Of a stretch of 64,000 bases of DNA, positions 19,113 to 29,444 are shown piece after piece. The stretch covers positions 32,001 through 96,000 of the IMG/VR virus record IMGVR_UViG_3300043449_002510; one strand, 5' to 3'. Below the pieces are notes generated by a model, which was not told the origin of the DNA, ran no database searches, and saw only the letters and a list, made by a program, of their open reading frames with translations. This DNA comes from a virus. The stretch's first letter is position 1. Each line of letters begins with the position of its first letter. A program made the translations under genes and the position numbers.

Positions 19113-22100
19113 ATGGCAATGCAATTAAATGTTACGGTTAATCCCGTATTTAATAATTCTCAATTTACGGCAGCAGGAGTTCAGGCAGGATCTAATTTTG
19201 CTAATGGATTAAATTCTGCTATTTCTAAATCTCAACCATTAGGCAGAATAACTGGTCAAGTCTCTGAATTTGAAAAATCAATGGAAGCTGCAAACGCTCG
19301 CGTTTTAGCTTTCGGTGCTTCTGCTGGATCTATTTACTTGATAAAAAGCGCATTTGATAAATTGTTTTTCTCTACAGTTCAAGTTGAAAAAGCTTTAGCT
19401 GACATTAATGCGATTCTTGGAGTTGGAAGTTCTCTTTTAAAATCTTTTTCTAACGAAATATTCAAAGCCGCCTCTTTTACTGGTCAAACATTCGAAACGG
19501 CGGCAAAAGTAGCTCTTGAATTTGCTCGCCAAGGTGCTGGAGCGGAAGAAGCTGCAAAAAGGATGAAGGCTGCCCTAGAATTAATGAGAATTTCAGGTTT
19601 AAACGCAGATGAAGCCGTCAATTCTATAACTTCTTCCTTAAATGCTTTTTCAAAAGAAGCTTTAACAGCAGAAGATGTTGTAAATAGATTAACCGCTGTT
19701 GATACTAAATTCGCAGTTAGTTCAAAAGACTTGGCTAATGCACTTCAGCGTGTTGGGGCCGTTGCTAGTGACGCCGGAATTCAATTTAATGAACTCTTAG
19801 GTTTAGTTACCGCCGCTCAAACTATAACTGCTCGCGGTGGAGCAGTTATTGGTAACGCATTTAAATCTATTTTTACTAGATTAGCTAGACCTCAAGTTTT
19901 AGATGACTTGGAGGCCGTGGGAGTTACAACAAGAAATGCTTCTGGACAAATTCTTCCAATGATAAGCGTTTTAAAAAATCTTGCTAATCAATACAACTCT
20001 CTTGGTTCAGCACAGAAATCTTTTATATCTGAATCTGTTGGCGGAGTTTATCAAGTCAATATTTTAAAAGCGGCCTTGGCTGATTTAGGTGATGGCATTT
20101 CTATTTTTGATAAAGCAACAATTGCGGCAGGTCAATCTACTGGATTAATTCAAAAAAGAATGGAAGAGCTTAATGAAACAATTTCTTCCAAACTTAATAC
20201 TTCTGCTGTGGAATTGACAAAATTATTCGCTGATCTTGGACAAAAAGCTTTTGGTTCAAGCGCAAAAGGAGCAATAGACGCCTTTAATAAAAATATATCA
20301 TTTTTAAGTAATGCATTAAGTGACGTAGAGCCAGATGATAATGTTGGAGAACAAATAGGTAAAACCATTGCTCAAGGAATTGTTAAAGGAATAGGGGGAA
20401 TTATATCTGGCCCAGGAGTTCAAATCGCAGCAGTTTTATTAACAAAAATGTTTTCCAACATCGGGAAGTTTGCCATTGAGGCTTCTCGTGATTTTATGGG
20501 AGCAAATGAGGCTTTAAAAAAGCAGGAAAGTATTGTTAGTAGCATTCAAAACTTCTTAAGTAAAAATCCAACTATCCTCCAAGCAATAAAAGCTGGACAA
20601 TTAAATGTAAATCAAGCTCATTTAATTTATTTACAGCAGTTGCAACAAGAAAATCAACTTAGGGCTCAGAATGCTGCTATAGCTACAACAATTGCGACTA
20701 ATGCTGCACCTTATATAACTACTTCTAAAAAACAAACTCCTGGAGCTGGTTATATTCCTAATTTTGCCCAAGATGAAAGTAGTACTGAAAAAAGAATTGC
20801 TCTTAATCATGGATATGCTCCAGGCCCCACTTATAAAAAAATAATTCATGATGGAAAAGGTGGAGCTTTTTTAACTACAGTAAATGGAGCAGAAAATATA
20901 TATAACTTTACTAATAAAAAGGGTTATAAAGCTACAATGGTTGTTCCACCTAATGGATTTGGAGAAAACACAATGATGGCTGGCTCTGGTTTTATTCCAA
21001 ATTTTGCTAAAATTTCTCGAACTGGAACACAAATATCAAATAATAAAAGTTTTTCAACATTAATTAGTGGAAAACATGCAAATGGAATAGATACATTTAG
21101 TGCAAGCTATAATTTATTTACTTTAAATGAAACTAATAAACAGATTGAGAGAGAAGCGAAGGCAAAAAATATAAGTAAAGGAAGATTAACTGAATTAAAG
21201 GCAATTGAATATTTAAAGAAAAAATCTCCAAACAAAAAAGCCAATGACCTTAATGAAATTAATAGTACATATCCTTTTGATTTAGAACAGGGTGGTAATT
21301 TTTATGAAGTAAGGGGAAGAAGAAATGTTGGAGCGACCGCTCTCGTAGCAAAAGCTGCAAGATATAAAATAAATAAAAATAATAAATTTAATAATGTTAC
21401 TTTTGATTCTCCTCCCAAAAAACAATCAGAAGAATTAGGAAATTTTAATTTAATAACTTTAAAAAATTCTATATTAGCTAGCGAATTCTTAAATAAAGGA
21501 AGTGGATTTATTCCAAATTTCGCAGAGTCTTCTTTGCCGCCAATTCCATTTCAAATAGTTGGATTAAATAAAAAATTAAAAAATCTCAAAGAAAAAGCAA
21601 AACAAGATCCAAAACTTTGGGATCAATTTAGAATGGCGTATCAAGACCATGCCATAAAAATTTTTGAAAAAAAATTAACACAATTATATCCGGGAACAGT
21701 AATAAAAAGTTCTACTCCAACTGCAAACATTAGTGGAGCTGGACTTGGATTCACTGGTAAAAAAAGTTTTCCTGGATTCGATGGAGTTACAGAAATACAA
21801 ACAGTTAATCCAGATTTATTACAAATATTAGGATGGCCACCTAACAAAAATTCAGGAAAAATTCTTATTTCAGCAAAATCTGGATCTGAAAAAGGAGCAG
21901 ATGTAAGAGAACAATTCGGAAAAGGAGTAAGCGCTCTTTCTTCATCTGGATATTTAAAACCGGAAGAACCTTTTTATTCACTTGTAGCTGGACTTGTTCC
22001 TGGATCTGGTTTAAAACCAAATAATCCACTTCATCCTTTGGGACACGCCTATGCGTCTGGTTTTATTCCAAATTTTGTTTCTGAAAATGCAATTAATGCA

Positions 22101-25100
22101 CTGAGAGAAATTGCAAGTGGAAAGCGTGGTGGTACGAAAGCAGAAATTGCGAACGCACAAGAAAAAATAAATAAAATTTTAGGCTCAGATAAATTAAGTA
22201 AATCTTTAATATTAACGAACAGATCTTTATTTGGCAAAAAATTAGACTCTGATGCTTTGGCATATATTTCTAAAACTTCTCCAGAACAATTAACCAAAGA
22301 CTTAAAAAGTGGTTATTTAGAGGGATCAATTGGCCACGATCTTTCTAATTTTAGAAATTCAATATTTAGCGCTGGTTCTGGTTTTCTTCCAAATTTTGCT
22401 TATGGTTATTATTCTAAATATAGTTCTTCATATGGCAAACAAAGTGGATATAAACCTAGTAAAAGTTTACAAAAAGAAAAGGAAGAAAAGAGAAGACAAA
22501 AAGAATTATATGGAAATTATTATAAAAGCCCAGAAATAACAAGTAATCCTTGGTCAAAAAATTTCGGTAAAGATTTTTCTGCTTCAGGATTTCTACCAAA
22601 CTTTGGTTACTTAAAAAAAGTAATGGGATTAGAAAAAACTCTTAGCGGCAAGGAGCCAATTTTAGATACCACTACTGGTCCATTTCCTTTTATTAGGAAT
22701 ACAGACCAACCGAATTTTGCAGCAGCGGTCGCTGATCATGGAGGATTAAAAAATGCCTTAAAAGATTCTTCTAAAAATCAAAAAGCCGCTGGAATAATGG
22801 CTGGAGGTGGTTTTATTCCAAATTTTGGAGTAGAAGAAAGTTTAATGCTTGGCGTTGTTCAAGCTTTTTCTGGACAATTATCTTCAAAATTAAAACCTCT
22901 TTCTTTTGGATATGATAAACAAATTGAAGAAAGTCAAAAAGTAGTTTCTGCAGCTCAACCATTAGCCGACGCTTTTGACGAATTAAAAAATAAATTGGCT
23001 TCCGTAAGCAAACAATATAAAGAAGAAGCTAAAAAACGACAAACGCCAAAGAGAAGAGCCGAGCAACAAGCAAGAATCTCAGAAATGAAATCTGTCTCTG
23101 CAGAAATGCGTGTAAAACGAACTGAATATAAAAAAGAAACGGGATTAGATATTAACAGACAAAAAAGAGAAGATCAAGCTAAAAAATTTGTTGAATATGA
23201 ACAAAAATTAACAGGAACAAGAGAAAAAATACAGGGTATCAGTGGTATCGCTTCTATTGTTTCTCCAATGGCTGGAGGTATGGCGGCCTCTGCATTAAAA
23301 ACACTTGGAGTCTCACCAGATACCACAAAGGGAGTAGAAACTTTATTTGAAGGAGCAGGTATGGCTGGACAAGCATTAATGGCCATGCCTAATCCAATCG
23401 GAATAGCAGTTGCTGGACTTTTAGGCGTCACCAAAATAAACACAGCCTTAAATGAATTTACTTCTGGTCTTGAAAAGGCAAAAGCGTCTTATGAAAGAGA
23501 AATGCAATCAATAGAAAAAACAACTAATGCATTAAATTCAATTCAACAAAATTATCAAAATTTAGATAATATTTTAAAATCTGGAACCGCTTCTCTTTCT
23601 CAATTTTTATCTGCAAATAGAAAATTTTCAGAATCAATGGTTAAACTAGCTTCTGCTAATCCACAATTAGCAGAAAAAATGAGAAAAGCCACTACAGAAG
23701 AAGAAAGAATGGCAATTCAGAGTGAATTTTCAGAGGCTTCTGAATTAAAAAAGAGACAAAAAGAATTCGACGTAATGTACGCCGAGAGGAAAAAAGAAAC
23801 AAATGTTTTAGGGTCAAATGTTCTTGCGATGGGTCGTGAAAGAGGGAGATTTTCTGTTGGAATGTTTGCTGGAAAAGAAGAGGAAAAAAAAGTAGAAAGC
23901 GAATTAAAAGAAGCCGCAACATTAATTCAATCTGAAGTTATAGATGCTCTTTCAAAGAGTGAGAAAAAAGAAGAAAGAGATTTAGCGGCAGAAATAACCA
24001 GAGGTTTATCAAAAGGATACATTACTGAAGAAAACAAAAAAGAATTATTAAGTTATGCTGAATATGGAAGAGAAGGAAAACAGTATTCTGAAACTATTGG
24101 CAAAATGGATATTTATGCAGAAATAAAGGCTTCTTTACAAGAGTTATCTAAAATTCTCGATACTTTTGGAATGAGTGCAAGCAGTGTTGAACAATACGAA
24201 AATCTTCTAAAAGAACAAAACGAAATAACTAGTAAACAAAATGCAATAAGAAGAAAACATAACCAAGATTTACAAAACTCACTAAATAGAGGTATTACGC
24301 TTGGGATGATTGAAAATAAAAGACGCCAACAATCATTAGAACAAAAAGAAAGAGATACGGGCATGAAATATGCTTTTGAAGAATCTAATATAAATTTAGA
24401 GTCTTTGGTTTCTTCCGAAGCGGATATACGTTATAGACGCGGAGTTTCGAGACAAAATCAAATAATTGAAGAAGGACAATTAAAACAAGAAAAAACAAAG
24501 AGTGTCTTTGAAGAAAATCGTCTTGGACAATTAATGGAAGTAGTTAAACAACAAATGGAGGCAAAAAATGCTTCTTCATTAAAAAGTGGTAAAGATGTTT
24601 ATAGTATAGAGCCATCTAAAGAATCCCAATCCCTTGCTAATTTTTTAGAATCAAAATCTAAAGAATTTTCTGGAGGAAATGTTGGAAAATTAACTGAATT
24701 ATTAAAATTGACTCCAGAAAAATTTACTGAAGCTTTTCTTGGTCCAAAAGAGAAAGCGCAAAAAGATTTTGGAATTTCGAGTTCAACTTATGACACATTA
24801 TTTACAGATATACAAACCCTTACTCTTTCGGGAAAAAATACAGAAGAAACTAATAATTATTTAAATGATTTATTAAGAACCGCGCAAGAAACCAAGAATA
24901 ATGCTGAAAAAAATGCTTTAGAAACTCAAACTGCAATTAAAGAAATTAGTTTCAAAGAACTAAGTCAATCATTAGGCGGTTTAAGTTTGCTGGAAAGAGG
25001 TGGAGTTAGAAAAGAGCGTAGAGAAATAAGAAGAGCTGAATTTCTTGCTGAACGCGGAGCAACTCCAGAAGCTAGAGCTAGAGGAGCTGCTGCTTTATTA

Positions 25101-25946
25101 AAACGTATACCAGAAACCATGAGAGATGTTAGAAATCCAATGGTTGCTGATTTACTTAAAACAGTTGAATTAGGATTTCGATCTGGCAATGAAAAAGTTT
25201 TATCTGGAACTAAATTAGGTGCTTCTGGTTTAATGGGAAGTCCTGAACAAATGATTCTAGCTCAAACATATGGAAATATAAAAACATCTGGATTAGGAGA
25301 AGACTTCTTTAAGAAAGCGGGATTAACTATTGAAAAAGGAGAGATTGGTCGAGGTCAATTTCAAGAATTAAACACTGAGCCTTTACAACAATCCATAACA
25401 AAAATATCTTCATCTTTATATATTTGGGAAACAAATCTTTTAAACTCAATCAAATCAGTAAATTTTAATTCAGTAAAAACACAACTTTCTGATTTGGAAG
25501 AAGCTTCAAAAGGCGTGACTGACGAATTGAGAAATTTAAAAGAAAGCCTTACTCCGAAAACTCCAGTGGAATCAAAAGGTTCACCAAAAGCTATTCCAAC
25601 TAGTTTCGCTAATTTACAAGCGGTAGTAAGTAAAAACGCACCCTCTGAAACTTTAAATGTTACTCAATCAACTCCAAAAGTTAAAAAAACACCAGCAGGA
25701 AAAGAAGAGGAGTCTAAAAAGACAGAAAATAAATCAGAACAAGGAACGTCTGCATTAAATGAGGAATTAATTGAAAATATAAGATCATTAACTTCTGTCA
25801 TGAATGAAGCTGCAAATGCTTTTAAAGAATCTAAATCAACAATGAGCGCTGATGAACTTAAACGGGCTTTCGGTCCAACTAATGAAATTTTAGGCTCAAT
25901 TCTTGGCGCAACTCAGTCAGATAAAAATTTACCAGTTTCAGTATAA
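19113..25946 (+). CDS. Tail tape measure protein (TP901-like N-terminal core) with an internal multi-module insert
   Basis: Ala-rich helical N-terminus (VEKALADINAIL...EFARQG...DLANALQRVG...GGAVIGNAFKSIFTRL), hydrophobic segments and a long coiled-coil C-terminal half; position after the chaperones. Confidence 0.9.
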   Translation: MAMQLNVTVNPVFNNSQFTAAGVQAGSNFANGLNSAISKSQPLGRITGQVSEFEKSMEAANARVLAFGASAGSIYLIKSAFDKLFFSTVQVEKALADINAILGVGSSLLKSFSNEIFKAASFTGQTFETAAKVALEFARQGAGAEEAAKRMKAALELMRISGLNADEAVNSITSSLNAFSKEALTAEDVVNRLTAVDTKFAVSSKDLANALQRVGAVASDAGIQFNELLGLVTAAQTITARGGAVIGNAFKSIFTRLARPQVLDDLEAVGVTTRNASGQILPMISVLKNLANQYNSLGSAQKSFISESVGGVYQVNILKAALADLGDGISIFDKATIAAGQSTGLIQKRMEELNETISSKLNTSAVELTKLFADLGQKAFGSSAKGAIDAFNKNISFLSNALSDVEPDDNVGEQIGKTIAQGIVKGIGGIISGPGVQIAAVLLTKMFSNIGKFAIEASRDFMGANEALKKQESIVSSIQNFLSKNPTILQAIKAGQLNVNQAHLIYLQQLQQENQLRAQNAAIATTIATNAAPYITTSKKQTPGAGYIPNFAQDESSTEKRIALNHGYAPGPTYKKIIHDGKGGAFLTTVNGAENIYNFTNKKGYKATMVVPPNGFGENTMMAGSGFIPNFAKISRTGTQISNNKSFSTLISGKHANGIDTFSASYNLFTLNETNKQIEREAKAKNISKGRLTELKAIEYLKKKSPNKKANDLNEINSTYPFDLEQGGNFYEVRGRRNVGATALVAKAARYKINKNNKFNNVTFDSPPKKQSEELGNFNLITLKNSILASEFLNKGSGFIPNFAESSLPPIPFQIVGLNKKLKNLKEKAKQDPKLWDQFRMAYQDHAIKIFEKKLTQLYPGTVIKSSTPTANISGAGLGFTGKKSFPGFDGVTEIQTVNPDLLQILGWPPNKNSGKILISAKSGSEKGADVREQFGKGVSALSSSGYLKPEEPFYSLVAGLVPGSGLKPNNPLHPLGHAYASGFIPNFVSENAINALREIASGKRGGTKAEIANAQEKINKILGSDKLSKSLILTNRSLFGKKLDSDALAYISKTSPEQLTKDLKSGYLEGSIGHDLSNFRNSIFSAGSGFLPNFAYGYYSKYSSSYGKQSGYKPSKSLQKEKEEKRRQKELYGNYYKSPEITSNPWSKNFGKDFSASGFLPNFGYLKKVMGLEKTLSGKEPILDTTTGPFPFIRNTDQPNFAAAVADHGGLKNALKDSSKNQKAAGIMAGGGFIPNFGVEESLMLGVVQAFSGQLSSKLKPLSFGYDKQIEESQKVVSAAQPLADAFDELKNKLASVSKQYKEEAKKRQTPKRRAEQQARISEMKSVSAEMRVKRTEYKKETGLDINRQKREDQAKKFVEYEQKLTGTREKIQGISGIASIVSPMAGGMAASALKTLGVSPDTTKGVETLFEGAGMAGQALMAMPNPIGIAVAGLLGVTKINTALNEFTSGLEKAKASYEREMQSIEKTTNALNSIQQNYQNLDNILKSGTASLSQFLSANRKFSESMVKLASANPQLAEKMRKATTEEERMAIQSEFSEASELKKRQKEFDVMYAERKKETNVLGSNVLAMGRERGRFSVGMFAGKEEEKKVESELKEAATLIQSEVIDALSKSEKKEERDLAAEITRGLSKGYITEENKKELLSYAEYGREGKQYSETIGKMDIYAEIKASLQELSKILDTFGMSASSVEQYENLLKEQNEITSKQNAIRRKHNQDLQNSLNRGITLGMIENKRRQQSLEQKERDTGMKYAFEESNINLESLVSSEADIRYRRGVSRQNQIIEEGQLKQEKTKSVFEENRLGQLMEVVKQQMEAKNASSLKSGKDVYSIEPSKESQSLANFLESKSKEFSGGNVGKLTELLKLTPEKFTEAFLGPKEKAQKDFGISSSTYDTLFTDIQTLTLSGKNTEETNNYLNDLLRTAQETKNNAEKNALETQTAIKEISFKELSQSLGGLSLLERGGVRKERREIRRAEFLAERGATPEARARGAAALLKRIPETMRDVRNPMVADLLKTVELGFRSGNEKVLSGTKLGASGLMGSPEQMILAQTYGNIKTSGLGEDFFKKAGLTIEKGEIGRGQFQELNTEPLQQSITKISSSLYIWETNLLNSIKSVNFNSVKTQLSDLEEASKGVTDELRNLKESLTPKTPVESKGSPKAIPTSFANLQAVVSKNAPSETLNVTQSTPKVKKTPAGKEEESKKTENKSEQGTSALNEELIENIRSLTSVMNEAANAFKESKSTMSADELKRAFGPTNEILGSILGATQSDKNLPVSV
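20748..22826 (+). repeat. Seven dispersed in-frame G(F/Y)(I/L)PNF motifs inside the TMP
   Basis: Motif Gly codons at 20748, 20988, 21504, 22059, 22380, 22587 and 22809; three copies share the identical 18-mer ggttttattccaaatttt. Confidence 0.95.
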
Positions 25947-25961
25947 TATTTAAATAAATGT

Positions 25962-27752
25962 ATGTCATTTAAAGGTTTAATAACGGGAACATTAGGATAT
26001 GAATTAAGAAAAGATTTCTTAGCTAATTCTTTAATGTATCGTGAATTAGAAACTTTTAATTATGATATTTATAGCGTAGATTTTTCTGGACTTAGTGCTT
26101 TAGAAATTCAAAAACAAATAAAAAATGAATTTAATAACATTTATTCTGGTGATATAAACGTTAAAGTTTTTAATACAGCTAATGCTTTACAATATCCAAG
26201 CGACAGTATTAGAGCCGCACGTTATACAGTTAATGTAGAGATAGCCAAATCTCTTTCATATTCACTTTTAACTGGCCAATTTCCAGAGCTTGAAACAAGT
26301 TATTTTAAAGGTATAGATTCTTTGTTTTGGGCTAATAATGGAAAATATATATTAGATTTTAAAGAAGATTATGGTTTTGGAATAAATAGTAATGGTAATA
26401 GAGAATTTAATCACAATCTTTCGTTTTCTTTGAGAAGTGGGAAAATTTCAGATCAAATTGAAAGAAAAAATCTTGCTCAGAAGATCGCGACGGGAATATT
26501 TGATCAGGACAAAAATACAACATTTGGAATATCTTTGCTTTCTGGAGAGATTTCTTCAGTAGGAGATGCTTCAACTTTTAGAAATTATTATAATGAATCT
26601 TACGATTACTTCAAAAATTCTTATTCTTTTTCGAGACGTAGAGAATTATTACCTTTTTCTGATGCCAACACAATTTTTAATATAAATCAAACATTGACAA
26701 TGAATGAAAATGGAATCATTGACATTATTGAAAAAGGTTTTACTTTAGGAAAAATAAATTTTTCATTAGCTAAAAATGATTTAGAAAATACTTTATCTCA
26801 ATCTTATAATCGTTGTACTGGATTTTATTATAAATTTTATAATACTGGAATATTATTGCAAGATTCTCAATATAAAGATAATTTACCATTTAATTTTCTT
26901 CCATTAATTAACACTCCAGTAAAATTAGTAAAAAATTATGATGTAAATGTTCTAGCCGCAAATTATGAAGTTACATATACTAATAACCCCCAATTTTCTG
27001 GAGACGGAACGGTGACTTCCCAAACTGTTGAATTCAACATCAATGAATTTAATAAAGTTGAAGCAACTCATTCTTATGATTATACTTTAAATAAAATAAT
27101 TAAAAATTCAGATTATTTTGTTACGGGATTATTCAAATATACCACTGGAGAAAGTCCTTCCTTAATGTTTAATTATTATACAGGAATTTACTCAAATATA
27201 TTTTCAGTATATCCAAATTTAAATTTAACAAAATCTTCAGCTAATTTTCCTAATATAAAAACAAAAGCATCTGTTAGATTTACATATAATAATGATCCAA
27301 CTTATTTTGTAAATGTAAATGGAAAAGAGTTTAAAATTTTTGATGTAACAATTGACAAAAAAAATCCAACAGATATTGTAAGTGAATACAAAATTATAAA
27401 TCGAACAACAAAAGATAAAAAATCTATATTATCTTATGCTTATCAGACAGAAAAAGGAAGTATCATAATAAAAATTGTTGCAAATATAGGAAAATATAGT
27501 AAGCAATTCATTTCTGACGGAGTGGGAGACTTTTTATTAGTTGGATCAGATCATTCTTTTAAATTAAGCGAATATCTTGAAGCGATTTATAAATTTGCTG
27601 GACAAGCATTTTTTAATAATTTTGGACAACCAATGTCTGCTTTTAATTGGTTTATTGAAGATTCAAATTATTCTTTTAGTTCTGAAGGAATAATTGATGT
27701 CTCAATAACTTATGCTTATACATTAAAGAAAAGGAATTCAAACAATTTTTAA
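25962..27752 (+). CDS. Putative tail tip/baseplate protein
   Basis: Beta-rich 596 aa, directly after the TMP. Confidence 0.55.
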   Translation: MSFKGLITGTLGYELRKDFLANSLMYRELETFNYDIYSVDFSGLSALEIQKQIKNEFNNIYSGDINVKVFNTANALQYPSDSIRAARYTVNVEIAKSLSYSLLTGQFPELETSYFKGIDSLFWANNGKYILDFKEDYGFGINSNGNREFNHNLSFSLRSGKISDQIERKNLAQKIATGIFDQDKNTTFGISLLSGEISSVGDASTFRNYYNESYDYFKNSYSFSRRRELLPFSDANTIFNINQTLTMNENGIIDIIEKGFTLGKINFSLAKNDLENTLSQSYNRCTGFYYKFYNTGILLQDSQYKDNLPFNFLPLINTPVKLVKNYDVNVLAANYEVTYTNNPQFSGDGTVTSQTVEFNINEFNKVEATHSYDYTLNKIIKNSDYFVTGLFKYTTGESPSLMFNYYTGIYSNIFSVYPNLNLTKSSANFPNIKTKASVRFTYNNDPTYFVNVNGKEFKIFDVTIDKKNPTDIVSEYKIINRTTKDKKSILSYAYQTEKGSIIIKIVANIGKYSKQFISDGVGDFLLVGSDHSFKLSEYLEAIYKFAGQAFFNNFGQPMSAFNWFIEDSNYSFSSEGIIDVSITYAYTLKKRNSNNF

Positions 27753-27761
27753 AATAATTTT

Positions 27762-29411
27762 ATGCCATTAGATAGAAGACTTTATGTTTATTATGATGAC
27801 AAGGAGTTGTATCCAACTCCTTTAATTAATTATAGTTATCAACCAATAAATTTTGGCTATATTTATGGATATAATACAGAAATAACTCTAGAAGGGATAA
27901 TTACAGGAATAGATAATAAGGAATCTGGGATATCAGAGATAACTGGAATATTTGCAAAACAATTTTCTACTTTAAAAGTGGAAAACGAAAAACATAGTGG
28001 AATTTATCAATGGAATAATGTAACTGTTGACAATATAAGTTTTGAACAAAGTCAATATTTAAAAGGGAGTTTTGTAAAATATAACGTTAAATGTTTTGTT
28101 TATGATATACCAAGTGGAGTAATAGATCCTTCAAACGAATATTCTTTTACACAAAATGAAGATGGGACAGTAAACGTTAATCACAAAATTAGTGCGAGAG
28201 GTGTAAGAAATAATTTAGGAGCATTTCAAAATGCAATAAATTTTGTAAAATCTTTTACTGGAAAAGATCCTTTTTCAAATTGTGTGCCCTACTTTGTCCC
28301 TAGTGGATCTGGAGTTTTATTAAATTTATCTGAAAATATAAATAGAGCAGATGGAATTTATTCTGTTACTGAGGTATATAAGTATAATACGGGAGTTATT
28401 TCTGAAGCTTTACATATTACATCATTAGATATTGATGAAAGCTTGGGGTCTGAATATAGTTCAATAAGTTATAATTTAAAAGTTATTGGTTCTCCAATTT
28501 ATAAGAATACAGACTCAATTATAAGTAATTATTTAAATTATAATCTTTTAAATGATATTCAAAATGATTTTGGTTTAAATACATCTGGCTGGGTAAAAAA
28601 TACATATTCTGCCGCCGTTGATTCTGGAGCCGCAACAATTGATATAAAAGTCGAATATCTTTCTGGCGCAAATCCTAGTGGTTTTTTTGATTATGTTATA
28701 TCTTGCGACAAGGATCATTTAATGGGAATAGAAAATTGGAAGATAGAGGGAGAATTTAAATGTTTCGGTCCTTTAGATTATAAAATTAATCAATTAAACG
28801 CTTTCAAATCTACAAATAAGAATAATTCTTGGAGAACGTATTTAATTAATTTGATAACTAATTCGCAAATTTACAATTCTTTACATGATGTAGACAAAGT
28901 TTTTTCTATAAACACAAACGTTAATCAGGATGAAAATTTAAAAATCGGAGCTTTAAAGTTATCTCTTACTTTAAATATGGGATACGAGCCTGATGGACTT
29001 GCTGATTTAAAATATTCAATTAATGGAAGTCCAAGCAAATGGATCTACGAACTTATGCCATCGGTTAATATAGAAGGGGCTTATGTTGTTCAAAGTTTGG
29101 AGACAAAAACGAATGGCGTAATTGAATTAAATGTTTCAGCTAAATCTCTTCAAAAAGAAAATGGATTGAATCTATGCAATAGTTATATAAATAATTTGGC
29201 AAATACTTACATTGATTCTGGAAATGATTTGAATGTGAAAGCATTTTTGATTGAAGATTTTTATTCTACTGGAACATACGATGTTTCTTACTCAAAAAAA
29301 TTTATAGGAAATATAAAAGATATAGATTCAACTTTGGTTAATTTACAATGTTTTGGAACATTTGATTATTCAGTGCCAACAAGAATAAAAGGATATAATT
29401 TTGGTTACTAA
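27762..29411 (+). CDS. Putative tail tip/baseplate protein, possibly a distant paralog of the preceding gene
   Basis: 549 aa; NEYSFTQNEDGTVNVNHKISARG resembles EDYGFGINSNGNREFNHNLSFS in the 25962 product. Confidence 0.55.
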   Translation: MPLDRRLYVYYDDKELYPTPLINYSYQPINFGYIYGYNTEITLEGIITGIDNKESGISEITGIFAKQFSTLKVENEKHSGIYQWNNVTVDNISFEQSQYLKGSFVKYNVKCFVYDIPSGVIDPSNEYSFTQNEDGTVNVNHKISARGVRNNLGAFQNAINFVKSFTGKDPFSNCVPYFVPSGSGVLLNLSENINRADGIYSVTEVYKYNTGVISEALHITSLDIDESLGSEYSSISYNLKVIGSPIYKNTDSIISNYLNYNLLNDIQNDFGLNTSGWVKNTYSAAVDSGAATIDIKVEYLSGANPSGFFDYVISCDKDHLMGIENWKIEGEFKCFGPLDYKINQLNAFKSTNKNNSWRTYLINLITNSQIYNSLHDVDKVFSINTNVNQDENLKIGALKLSLTLNMGYEPDGLADLKYSINGSPSKWIYELMPSVNIEGAYVVQSLETKTNGVIELNVSAKSLQKENGLNLCNSYINNLANTYIDSGNDLNVKAFLIEDFYSTGTYDVSYSKKFIGNIKDIDSTLVNLQCFGTFDYSVPTRIKGYNFGY

Positions 29412-29444
29412 TTTTGTGTAATTATATTGGTAAAAAGGTAAAGA

